Assembly (NCBI GenBank): GCA_027053075.1
Contig: JALUEE010000047.1
Span: forward strand, 11,155 to 75,154
Direction of reading: 5' to 3'
DNA: 64,000 nucleotides
DNA from: a candidate division WOR-3 bacterium
GTDB lineage: Bacteria; Hydrothermota; Hydrothermia; B15-G9; WFZT01
The notes below the pieces were generated by a model, which searched no databases, was not told the DNA's origin, and saw nothing but the letters and a program-made list of their open reading frames with translations. Position 1 is the first letter of the stretch. The number at the start of each line of letters is the position of its first letter. Both the position numbers and the translations under genes were made by a program. Shown here in pieces: positions 29,924 to 39,028 of the stretch.

Positions 29924-31837
29924 ATGAAAAAATTACTGGCCCTGTTATTAGTTTTTACCGTGCTACACGGCTATGATGCAAAATCTTCCTGCGTAAAGTG
30001 CCATTCCAATAAGGAGCTTCTGAAAAAACTCGGAGCTCCTCAAATGTACATGGACCCAGCACAGGTCGATAAGGAAGTCAATATGAACGGAGTTCCCAAA
30101 TGCGTTGACTGTCATCTTGGTAACAATAAAACCATGGACATGAAGAAAGCCCACAAAGGTATGCTGAAGCCATTCTACGCCGCCATCGGTAAAACCCTTA
30201 AATACCAGTATGTTGATCGAAGCGTTACCAACTACGATCGCATACTTCCAAAAGGGAAGAAAAGATTTAAAGTTCTCATGCGTAAGCCCACCTCTGAGGC
30301 AAAAAAGAAATACCACATCAAAAAACTCATGCAACTCTTTTATCATGACAGGGACACGGCAACATTTACATTTAACATAAAAATTGCCCAGAAGACCTGC
30401 GGAAAATGTCATTCAAAAGAGGTAAATGACTATAAGCACACCTCTATGGCACTTTCACTTTATCAAAGGGCATACACGGACTGGACAAAATCACCTCCAG
30501 GCCCTCAAAACTGCGGAGTCTGGTTTGCTGACAATTACCAGACAATAAAAGGAAAATGTACGAGAGATTACACAGAAAAAATGGCAAAATCAGCTACGAG
30601 GGGATGTAACAAGTGTCATACTTCATGTCTTGATTGCCATTATGCTGGATATAAAAAATCCGTGACAAGCCACAAATTCCTCTCAGAGCCAGAGCCTATG
30701 TCATGCTACGGTGGAGGGAGAGGAACCATCTGCCACGCAGGTCCAATGGATCGCCGTCGTGGTGCTGGTTATATGAGACAGGAGTTTGCTTTCCCGGTAG
30801 GAGAACTCCCAACCGACGTACATAATAAAAATGGTGTCACATGCCTCGATTGTCACGAGCCTCACAACCATGACTGGGGTCACCTTGCTTCAGCAACTGC
30901 ACGCAACTCCTGCTCAAAATGTCACGAGGAAATAGTTGATGCTGTTAAAACCGGCATTCACAAGAATGTTGACTGCACTGCGTGCCACATTCAAAAAGTC
31001 GGGGCCTATCAGTTCACATTTTGGGGCCCCGGAATATTTGTTGGCATGCCCAACGTTTTTACAAAGCACAAGCAGTATTACGGTGTGAGAAGTATGCCTC
31101 TACTCGTCAAACACCCGACGCGTAAAGTCTGGATACCGGTCAAACCCTATCCTATGGCCGTTATGAACATCTCCGAGGATGTGAAACCCACCGGACTTAT
31201 GGTAAGGTCTATTCCTGAGGAGAAAATTAAGGGACATCCCGAAGTTGGAGAGCCTAAATTTTTGAAAGTCAAGCGCTCACCAGACCAGATAAACGACATG
31301 TACATAATAACTGGCACGTTTGACGGGCTTAAGAAAAACAATAAAATGCTCGCATGGATTCAGATGGATAAGATGTCCCACGCTATCGGAAAGGGTAGAT
31401 CATGTCAGTCCTGCCACAGCTCTCACGATCAGGTTGCAACAACCTGGTACACTTATTCCAATATGAAGGATGTACAGAAGAAATTCAGCGGAAGTTATAT
31501 CGTGAAGGCAACAAAGGACGGCATCACTTTCAGTGGTTTTGAAAATCATACACCAATAATTCCAAAGCCGGGAAGAGATGTGGAAGATTTCGCTCCATTT
31601 TTAACACTTCCCAACGCCTGGAACGTGAGGGGAATCGACTTCTCCATACCGTTTGATGAAAAGAAATACGAAGCAGAGCTAAACAAATACAATATGATTT
31701 ACGCCGAAATCCACGCACTGAAGCTGAAATATGCAAAGGATGAGGCCAAACTCGAACAGCTGAATTTGATCAAAGCCATTCTCCCCCACAATCCCGAAAA
31801 AGCCCAACAGATGCTGAACGAGATGAAAAAGGGGTGA
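29924..31837 (+). CDS. secreted nonaheme c-type cytochrome
   Basis: A signal peptide (MKKLLALLLVFTVLHG) and nine CxxCH motifs are present. A C-terminal coiled-coil follows. Confidence 0.8.
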   Translation: MKKLLALLLVFTVLHGYDAKSSCVKCHSNKELLKKLGAPQMYMDPAQVDKEVNMNGVPKCVDCHLGNNKTMDMKKAHKGMLKPFYAAIGKTLKYQYVDRSVTNYDRILPKGKKRFKVLMRKPTSEAKKKYHIKKLMQLFYHDRDTATFTFNIKIAQKTCGKCHSKEVNDYKHTSMALSLYQRAYTDWTKSPPGPQNCGVWFADNYQTIKGKCTRDYTEKMAKSATRGCNKCHTSCLDCHYAGYKKSVTSHKFLSEPEPMSCYGGGRGTICHAGPMDRRRGAGYMRQEFAFPVGELPTDVHNKNGVTCLDCHEPHNHDWGHLASATARNSCSKCHEEIVDAVKTGIHKNVDCTACHIQKVGAYQFTFWGPGIFVGMPNVFTKHKQYYGVRSMPLLVKHPTRKVWIPVKPYPMAVMNISEDVKPTGLMVRSIPEEKIKGHPEVGEPKFLKVKRSPDQINDMYIITGTFDGLKKNNKMLAWIQMDKMSHAIGKGRSCQSCHSSHDQVATTWYTYSNMKDVQKKFSGSYIVKATKDGITFSGFENHTPIIPKPGRDVEDFAPFLTLPNAWNVRGIDFSIPFDEKKYEAELNKYNMIYAEIHALKLKYAKDEAKLEQLNLIKAILPHNPEKAQQMLNEMKKG

Positions 31838-31921
31838 AAACGGTGAGACGTAAGGAACGAATTGTGTTTTTTTATGTCTTGAAAGTTCAACGGGGCTAAA
31901 AATCTGATTTAAAGGGGAATA

Positions 31922-31950
31922 GGGGGGCGCCTCCTTCGGAGGCGCCCCCT
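31922..31950 (+). terminator. intrinsic terminator GGGGGGCGCCTCC-TTCG-GGAGGCGCCCCC plus a T-run
   Basis: It lies between the convergent cytochrome gene and the TM-CARF gene. A canonical U-run follows on the + strand. Confidence 0.7.
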
Positions 31951-32017
31951 AACTTTTTATCGGCATCTCACTGGCTCAAGTTATGGTTTTATTCAATGTG
32001 ATATCAAACATCTTCAT

Positions 32018-33040
32018 TTAATCAATGACAGGAATATCCATTTCAGTGACGTCAATTCTCACGAGACTTTTATCACCGGACTGTCTCACATACTCAGCCT
32101 GTCTATCTCCCACCACAGCCTCAAGAATCATTGCTGATGATACCATCGCGGTCCCACCGGTTATATTAAAACTAATATCGCTATCTTCATAATTTTTGAG
32201 ATTTTGCAGCAACCTATCTAATTCAATCTTAACGTCTCTGAAATCACTGACATCAACAACTCTGGACTTTTCTATGATCAAATCTCCCGTGGTAATTCTT
32301 TTTTCGAGATGTGGAATAACCTTCAGAAATTTTTCAAAATCAGCAAAATGTTCTTTTGCTTTCTCTGATAATATGACAATAACCCCTTCAAGAATGTGAT
32401 TTTCGTGTATAATTGCTCTCAACGCCGGTGTCCAGTTGCCGGGCAAGTCTTTTAAAGTTTCCTCTTTAGGTATTGCCGGGTTACCCAGTTGCCGTAATTT
32501 TTCTTGAAGAGATTGAATCTGTTCAAAGGGCTCACTGCTGGGCAAACTCAGTGCAAAGATAAGAACTTTTCTGGGGAGCGGTTTATCGTGGGCAGGTTTT
32601 TCTTTTGGCTCGAACAAACAATTGATGTATAGTAGAGGCAATAAAAACAGAAACAAGATTGCCAATATGAATGTCAGAATGTGATGCCAGAGTAAGCCCT
32701 TATTGTAATCCGGTGTTAAAACAAGTATCCCTGCATCCCTCACACTATCAAATACCCAGGAAATCTGGAATAAAACACTCAGGAAAATCCAGATGGACAG
32801 GTATCTATAAATTTTCTTTAACCCTTTTCGCGGTGGCTCTTTTAGAAAGTTACGAAGGGCATCTGTGAGGCCAATAGATTTGTCCTTATATTTATACATC
32901 AAGATGGTTATTGCTGAAATCAAAAGGATAATCAATAAAGTTTGGCCTAACGCCATAAAGGAGAGTATAAATGGGAAAACGCTTGAAAAGGCCAAAAGTG
33001 CAATTATGAACAGTATCTTTAAAAATTCCCTGAAGCTCAA
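32018..33040 (-). CDS. CRISPR-associated membrane protein: 4 N-terminal TM helices plus C-terminal CARF-like domain (Cam1-like architecture)
   Basis: TM helices lie at about residues 8-30, 33-49, 80-98 and 120-142. The C-terminal Rossmann-like domain has a beta1 motif KVLIFALSLPSSEP and the CARF signature NITGGTAMVSSAMILEA (compare DxTGGTK). It is the last gene of the cas operon and overlaps the upstream stop (ATGA). Confidence 0.5.
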   Translation of the reverse strand: MSFREFLKILFIIALLAFSSVFPFILSFMALGQTLLIILLISAITILMYKYKDKSIGLTDALRNFLKEPPRKGLKKIYRYLSIWIFLSVLFQISWVFDSVRDAGILVLTPDYNKGLLWHHILTFILAILFLFLLPLLYINCLFEPKEKPAHDKPLPRKVLIFALSLPSSEPFEQIQSLQEKLRQLGNPAIPKEETLKDLPGNWTPALRAIIHENHILEGVIVILSEKAKEHFADFEKFLKVIPHLEKRITTGDLIIEKSRVVDVSDFRDVKIELDRLLQNLKNYEDSDISFNITGGTAMVSSAMILEAVVGDRQAEYVRQSGDKSLVRIDVTEMDIPVID

Positions 33041-33042
33041 TT

Positions 33043-33429
33043 TTATATCCTTCTCATTTCTCTGAACTTTTCTCTGATGCTCTGGAGATTTATTATTTCT
33101 GCAACCTCAAATTTTGGAGGGGTAGAATTCGGAACCGGCTTCAATCTCACTACAGGTGGGAAATATCCCATCAAACCATGAAGTGCTGCAAGGAGGGTGA
33201 CAGCAATAAAATTAAAGGCTGGTGGAACTATTATAATCGGCCGTGTCTGCCACTCCTCAGGTGTCAGGTTACACGCCTCAATAAGATCTTTCACCTGCTC
33301 CTCAAAAGACTTTTCATTATCAAAAAACACTGGAATCTGCCTTATCTCCTCAATCTCCTCATCTATCAATTTCCTGATCTGCCCCACCTGCTCCTCAGTT
33401 AGTGGATGAGAAAAATTAAGCACGAGCAT
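33043..33429 (-). CDS. hypothetical 128-aa protein embedded in the type III cas operon
   Basis: It has no recognisable motif and is acidic at the N-terminus. It is translationally coupled to the TM-CARF gene. A 134-bp gap upstream could hold an internal promoter. Confidence 0.45.
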   Translation of the reverse strand: MLVLNFSHPLTEEQVGQIRKLIDEEIEEIRQIPVFFDNEKSFEEQVKDLIEACNLTPEEWQTRPIIIVPPAFNFIAVTLLAALHGLMGYFPPVVRLKPVPNSTPPKFEVAEIINLQSIREKFREMRRI

Positions 33430-33563
33430 GGTTACTTTAAAATTTTAAACACTCCATATCCCTGATTCCCTTTTGCTCCAACACCTATGTTTTCAAGGGC
33501 AAATTCGAGAAATCTTTATCCCAGAATATTGAAAAAGTATCTATAAAAATAACCTTCCCGTTA

Positions 33564-34421
33564 TTATGATTTAATTGGTCGCCATAAACCATTATCCAAT
33601 ATTTCAAAGTAAACATCTTGATCGCTATCCACCTTTGTTCCTGGTTTCCAAGTCAAGCCTTGTGTATAAATACGCTGTAAGTACCTGCCCTCCAAAACTT
33701 CAAAATCTCCTTTAAATTTGAAGTGCGGGTCTGGCATTATATGACCAAATGCTATATTGGATTTTATGCGTGGATTTGTATGATTCAGTTCCACTTCGTA
33801 ATCCAAAAAACGAGAAGCTTCCGGATGTTTCACGAGTTCAATATGACCAAATCCGTAGCGGGTATCTGCTCCTACCATCAGTTTCTTTATTGAGAAAACT
33901 TGGTTTTGAACACTCTCATCGGCAATAAACACATACCCCACCATGAACATCTCGGGAGGTGGATAATGGTTACTAATTTGCCAATAAGGTTGAATGCACT
34001 CTAATTCGCGAAGTGTCCCTTCCTCAGCACTATCTGATTTGGGATCAATGGATGTGGAGGGAAACGAATACAGAATTTTTGATTTGAAGTCTCTGTTTGG
34101 CTTATCATCATTTGGAGTGTCTTCCCTTTTCCAAACGAGTCCATCAGAGTATTCTGAATACCACATAGCGTATTCATCGCCAATTTTTTCGGCTGGGAAC
34201 AGATAGGAAAATCGGACATTTTGTAGCAAATTTTCACCAATCGAAATATAATCCGGGAAACTACTTCCTGCCGTATCCCGTGATAACTCGGCTGTTAATG
34301 CTCCCCAAATTGTCCTTGCTGGTATGTATAAGCGGGTTCTGTTCAAAATTCCTGCTGGTGCCGTGCCGATATTTATGGGTGATTTTACCTTCCAGACCCA
34401 TCGGAACATCTTCCATGCCAT
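33564..34421 (-). CDS. cmr3: Cmr3-like (Cas5 group) subunit
   Basis: The N-terminal motif YIPARTIWGAL is present (compare IPGSS.kGAL), as is the G-rich loop GADTRYGFGHIE. Confidence 0.7.
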   Translation of the reverse strand: MAWKMFRWVWKVKSPINIGTAPAGILNRTRLYIPARTIWGALTAELSRDTAGSSFPDYISIGENLLQNVRFSYLFPAEKIGDEYAMWYSEYSDGLVWKREDTPNDDKPNRDFKSKILYSFPSTSIDPKSDSAEEGTLRELECIQPYWQISNHYPPPEMFMVGYVFIADESVQNQVFSIKKLMVGADTRYGFGHIELVKHPEASRFLDYEVELNHTNPRIKSNIAFGHIMPDPHFKFKGDFEVLEGRYLQRIYTQGLTWKPGTKVDSDQDVYFEILDNGLWRPIKS

Positions 34422-34427
34422 AATTTC

Positions 34428-34781
34428 TCACCCCTGTTTGGCCTTCAAGTGATAACGAGCATACGAGAATGCGGTGCGTAGAAGGTCTCGAGCAAAAAGT
34501 AAATCATCTAAATCTTTGGAGTTTGCTAAGAGCTTTATTGCTTCCAAAATATCGTCCGTAGTATCCAAGCGATTTCCGAAAATGGTCTTGAGAAATTGCA
34601 GAGATTCCGATCTAACCTCTTTAGCTACATTGTTATTCTTGGCCTTGAGATATAGAAACATCGCATACGGGCCTTGCTCTTCCAAAACAGTCAAGGCCTC
34701 GTTGACAAGATTTTCATCTATGCCAGAAATCTGGGCTATCTCACGGCCCAATTCGGCACACTGAATGTCCAAATTTTTCAT
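34428..34781 (-). CDS. cmr5: Cas11 small subunit (Cmr5-like)
   Basis: It is an alpha-helical protein of about 118 aa that follows cmr4. The MKNLDIQ start was chosen to avoid an 80-bp overlap with cmr4; the ORF-track start is 34904. Confidence 0.55.
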   Translation of the reverse strand: MKNLDIQCAELGREIAQISGIDENLVNEALTVLEEQGPYAMFLYLKAKNNNVAKEVRSESLQFLKTIFGNRLDTTDDILEAIKLLANSKDLDDLLFARDLLRTAFSYARYHLKAKQG

Positions 34782-34824
34782 TTGAGCTTCACTCACGGCT
34801 TTCCTCCTCGTTTGGTTCAGAGGC

Positions 34825-35856
34825 CTATGACGGATTAGATTGTCTCTGAGCGGGTTCAACGCAATCAATATCTTGGGTTCCGGGCGATTCATTCTCATGC
34901 ACAACTTCTACGCGTCCCATGCCTCGAGTGCCCATGCCGCCGATGCCCAAGTGTTTGAGATAGGGGTGAGCCTGGTGGGTTACCTCATGCACCCTTTCTG
35001 GAGAATACATTCGCTGACCACCATCCAGAATGACGCCTATCTCCTGTCCACCTATTCTAAAATGCTGAGGATTCTTTGCGATAATTTCCCACACCAGGAC
35101 CGTGGATCGAGGCAGGGCTTCGTAAGAGAAGAGAGCCCTTTCTTCGGCAGCACCAGTTTCGGGATTGATGGAAACCGAGGTGCGCACTTCCAAATTGCTG
35201 TTGACGATGTGGGCGAAGAGGCGGTCAGGCACCAAAGCAAGGCGGTTTTGGATGTAATCTGGGATACCCAGGCCTTGCAATTTAGTTTTAATATCATTCA
35301 TTTGGGCACACGCTTGCACAGGCAGCAATAACCAACCCAAGTTAAGAGGGTTGCCCGAGTTTGATTCAAGGTAAACGGCATTTTCCTCCACCCCCTGCAC
35401 ATTCAAACCTATAAAACGCAAGGTCTGAGGTGCAGTCACCCACATGGGGCCTTGACGGGTAGCGACAGGGAAGAGCAGCAAATGGACATCAGTAAAGGCG
35501 GCCAAGCCTGCAAAACCGCCTTCCTGCCCTGCACCACGGGCGAAACCAAAGACAGTGCAAACGGGACAGTCAGGTTGGCGACAATGCCCATGATCCGCAT
35601 CCAGCCCTAACCCGGCGCAATCGGGGTAAAAAGGTTTATCTCGGTTCGGAAATTGTGCTGTCCGATTTTCTTCAAAATACATCGCCACATAGGCCCGATA
35701 CACTCCAGCTAAGCTGGACCCAGGAATTTTAGGCACCTGGGTGACCGGGTCGCGCACAATAGTCAAATCTACCCGACCGATGCGGGTCCCACCGGTGCCC
35801 ACATGAATAGGGTCCAGAGCCAGACCAACCTGCAAGAATTTTTTGTAACTAGACAT
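34825..35856 (-). CDS. cmr4: Cas7 backbone subunit (Cmr4-like) with CxxC..CxxC insert
   Basis: The N-terminus is LALDPIHVGTGG...RDPVTQVPKIPGSSLAGVYR, followed by a zinc-finger-like segment CRQPDCPVCTVFG. Confidence 0.7.
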   Translation of the reverse strand: MSSYKKFLQVGLALDPIHVGTGGTRIGRVDLTIVRDPVTQVPKIPGSSLAGVYRAYVAMYFEENRTAQFPNRDKPFYPDCAGLGLDADHGHCRQPDCPVCTVFGFARGAGQEGGFAGLAAFTDVHLLLFPVATRQGPMWVTAPQTLRFIGLNVQGVEENAVYLESNSGNPLNLGWLLLPVQACAQMNDIKTKLQGLGIPDYIQNRLALVPDRLFAHIVNSNLEVRTSVSINPETGAAEERALFSYEALPRSTVLVWEIIAKNPQHFRIGGQEIGVILDGGQRMYSPERVHEVTHQAHPYLKHLGIGGMGTRGMGRVEVVHENESPGTQDIDCVEPAQRQSNPS

Positions 35857-35869
35857 TATTTACCTCCTT

Positions 35870-38800
35870 TCAAACATTTTCTTTAAGGACTATTGTATGC
35901 CAATCTATCGCCCATTGGAGTAATCTCTGTTGGGCAGAGTCTATGAGGGTTTCAAGTGCTGTGCCCCTGACCTCTAAATGGTGCACAAGCATGGCACGGA
36001 GAGTATCTTCCCACAAATCTTTTGAAACGGCTCGTTGCCCCTCGGGTGTTTGCCATTCCTTTTCCAAACGCCCAAGTTCTGTTCTAAATCTCTGAAGAGC
36101 CGTTTGGCTTGGGACAACTTTCTTTAATAGGTTCCATATTTCGCGCATTTGCTCCCAATCTTCCAAGTAATGTAAATCTGGGTTAGAGAAGCGAGCGGAG
36201 GTGCTTCCCATGAAGAGGATGGTTACACGCGCTGTGGATACTTTTACACCATCACCTGGACGAAGGTCCGATACATGACGGTAAACACGGCCATCCTTTG
36301 GATGGCGAAAATCTCGGGGAAAACGAAGTTGTCGATCCTCAATTACCATGTAAGGATAGAACACATCATCTCGCCCATCAGGCATAGCAGTAGGCACTAT
36401 CTTTAAGATGCTCTTGCCGTCTTCCAGTTTTAAGCGGAGGACTACCACACCTGCTTGTCGTTCCACTTCTTCCACCTGCCATGTTTCCTCCTCTCCTTTC
36501 AGTTCTTCTTCCATTTTACGTGTTGCTCCGATCACGGCCTGATAGGGCAACATTCGAGGGAATGCGACCACGCCTATCCGTAAAGGAAGCCGATCCCACA
36601 CGCGGGAGAAGTGTTCCTTCCACCAGGAAACAGCTATATCCACACATTCGGAGGCCGCTTCCAATGGCACCAGCACCCGAAAACGAAGTGGAGAGACTTC
36701 TACCGGAATGACCGGGTGATACAAGCTCAAGTGCGCATGAGGCTGACGCAGCTCATTCACATGGGTAACAGTCATAGGACGCTCCTGACCAAAGGTATCT
36801 TCTTCTTCCAGCCTAATTTGAGCACCCTGAAAGGAACTCGATTGCTCTTCTGGCCGTAGCAATCTACCCAGATTGGAAGCCGTCACAAAACCTCCCAGGC
36901 TACGCACATAGACCAGGCTAATCTGCCGACCTTCCCAACGGCCATTGTAAAGGGTCAGGTCTCGCCAATCGTTATTGTCGTCTGGAACCAACACCAAGCG
37001 TCGGACACGCCAGCAATTTTCGCTGCGAGCCGCTATCTGCCGAAATTCCTTCAGCAAGTCATGGAAGAACTCCTCGGCCTCCCGCCAGAAGCGATAGACA
37101 CGGCCAGGTGAGGGAAGCTTGCGGAAGAGTTGATGCGCAAGCCAAGCAGCTCGCTGGTCGTCATTCAAGATACCCCATGTAGGTGCATCGGTACGATCCT
37201 CTACAATTTTACGGAAAAAAGTTGGCCAGTCATTTTCATACTTGTAACCCTCTTGAAGGTTGGCAAGCAATTGGTCGTTTTTATCGAATTTAAAATGCTG
37301 TGGATTTTGTGGATCGCGAAACCTTTGTTTTAGCTCGTCAATCAGCTTATCCATAGAGCCTGTGGGGGCAATAGGATTAGGTTGACCTGAAAGGACCAGG
37401 TTAAATCTCACCCACTCCGGTATTGCTTGTACCCGCAGGCTATCCACACGGCTGCCATTGAGCCAATCTTCAAGGTCCAGTGAGAATGTTAGCAAAGCCA
37501 GGCGGCCGTTGCGGTCAGCCACCTCCTCGAACCAGATGGTGTCGTAATCCAGTTGCCCCTGAAGCCATGCATCTCTTCGATGGTGGCGCCGCTCGCGGCA
37601 TACCGCGCATGGCTTACCCTTGTTGGTGGGATCACCGTTTAGTCGCACACGGCAGACGGGACACACATGACCACGCGTCTCTGAAGGAGCCCTCCAATGA
37701 ACATCCCACTGCTTGTGAACAGGGACGGCCACTACCAGCTTGGACTCTTTAAGCTCCCTAACAATGGGTACCAATGAACGGGTCGGCTTACTCAGGCGCA
37801 CAAAGGGCGGGGTTTCCAGTTCCAGATTACGGGCGATTTCTTCTACTTGATCTTGGAGCCATCCATTCCATCCTCGGAGCCGGGATGCGAAGTTCTCTTC
37901 ATCAAACTCAAAATTCGGATCTCTCCGTCTTTGACGTTCCTGTTCTTCTTCATCGAATCTCTCGCCGGGAAAAGAAAACACGGCCATGCTGCTGTCTCGA
38001 TAAAGCAAAGAGCCTGCAGCAATGTCCACCTCCACCAATTCAGCTACACGACGGAAAAATTCGTCAATGGCACCTTGAGCACCTGTCCAGTCACCAATTT
38101 TTACCGCGCGGGCTTCGTAGTGCTCGGTCCCAAGGGCGATAGTGAGCAGGCGCCAGCGGGTATTGCTTTTGGTAAAATTATTGATAGCCAATTTCTCATC
38201 TTTCGATAGGTCATCGAAGGACTTCTCTTTTCCTTTCTTTGTTCTAAGGTTTATACCCAATTTGGTAGCTATGCTCTTCCAGTTCCAAGGAAAACCCTTA
38301 TCGAGCAACGCCCCAGCCACCGCGCTCTTAAATAGAGCCGCAGCCACATAGGACTGGTCCCACAAGGTAACATCGTTGTTGGGCAAACGCGTCTCGGCTA
38401 AGGTGGACATAAAAGCTCTTCGGACAAAAGATTTTTCTCCGATAGCTCTATTCCGCCAGTCTTGCCAATGAGCTACATCTGACACACCTCTGGTTCCTAA
38501 GTCCCGCAACTCCTCCAAAACTCGCCGGATTTCTCCCACCAATTGCTGCCAGCCCTGTGGAGTCAATAGTTCAGGTGGATTGGCCAGCAGGTTACGCTTT
38601 GGGTGGCCCCAAGGTGAGGAAAGCCACATGTGAGGAATGGTTTGCTTAAGATAATCTGAGGTAGAAGTAGGAAGGTTTTTCTCGACGCCAGAGACAATAC
38701 CATGTCCTGCTTGGAGTAATCCCAAAAGACCAGGGTTACGTCCTGCATGTTGTTCAATAAACGTAGAAAAAGAACCTGGCCATGCATTATTGGGTATTCC

Positions 38801-39028
38801 ACTCCCGTATAGCCGTTTTACCCATTCTAATAAGGTATCCCATGGAAAAGGTGGCGTTTCCAAATCATGCCAATGTCGTTCATCGTAGCCGTTGTTCTCG
38901 CCACCATGACGGCGTAAAAATTCAATTCGTGCCTTTCCAGCCATGTGAAACCACCCAATGGCCTCCATTGCTAAGAGTAAAGGGCGATGTTGCCGTAAAG
39001 TCTCAGCCGGTGAGAAAGTGCTGCTCAT
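35870..39028 (-). CDS. cas10: Cas10 large subunit: HD-like N-terminus, treble-clef Zn finger, palm domains without a GGDD cyclase motif
   Basis: - It is ~1050 aa.
- There is a possible HD motif (H..RHWHD).
- The zinc finger is CPVCRVRLNGDPTNKGKPCAVCRER.
- The palm beta1-like segment is LALLTFSLDLEDW.
- No GGDD/GGDE/GDD occurs anywhere in the protein.
- A start at 39028 gives a 4-bp overlap with the cmr6 stop. Confidence 0.65.
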   Translation of the reverse strand: MSSTFSPAETLRQHRPLLLAMEAIGWFHMAGKARIEFLRRHGGENNGYDERHWHDLETPPFPWDTLLEWVKRLYGSGIPNNAWPGSFSTFIEQHAGRNPGLLGLLQAGHGIVSGVEKNLPTSTSDYLKQTIPHMWLSSPWGHPKRNLLANPPELLTPQGWQQLVGEIRRVLEELRDLGTRGVSDVAHWQDWRNRAIGEKSFVRRAFMSTLAETRLPNNDVTLWDQSYVAAALFKSAVAGALLDKGFPWNWKSIATKLGINLRTKKGKEKSFDDLSKDEKLAINNFTKSNTRWRLLTIALGTEHYEARAVKIGDWTGAQGAIDEFFRRVAELVEVDIAAGSLLYRDSSMAVFSFPGERFDEEEQERQRRRDPNFEFDEENFASRLRGWNGWLQDQVEEIARNLELETPPFVRLSKPTRSLVPIVRELKESKLVVAVPVHKQWDVHWRAPSETRGHVCPVCRVRLNGDPTNKGKPCAVCRERRHHRRDAWLQGQLDYDTIWFEEVADRNGRLALLTFSLDLEDWLNGSRVDSLRVQAIPEWVRFNLVLSGQPNPIAPTGSMDKLIDELKQRFRDPQNPQHFKFDKNDQLLANLQEGYKYENDWPTFFRKIVEDRTDAPTWGILNDDQRAAWLAHQLFRKLPSPGRVYRFWREAEEFFHDLLKEFRQIAARSENCWRVRRLVLVPDDNNDWRDLTLYNGRWEGRQISLVYVRSLGGFVTASNLGRLLRPEEQSSSFQGAQIRLEEEDTFGQERPMTVTHVNELRQPHAHLSLYHPVIPVEVSPLRFRVLVPLEAASECVDIAVSWWKEHFSRVWDRLPLRIGVVAFPRMLPYQAVIGATRKMEEELKGEEETWQVEEVERQAGVVVLRLKLEDGKSILKIVPTAMPDGRDDVFYPYMVIEDRQLRFPRDFRHPKDGRVYRHVSDLRPGDGVKVSTARVTILFMGSTSARFSNPDLHYLEDWEQMREIWNLLKKVVPSQTALQRFRTELGRLEKEWQTPEGQRAVSKDLWEDTLRAMLVHHLEVRGTALETLIDSAQQRLLQWAIDWHTIVLKENV

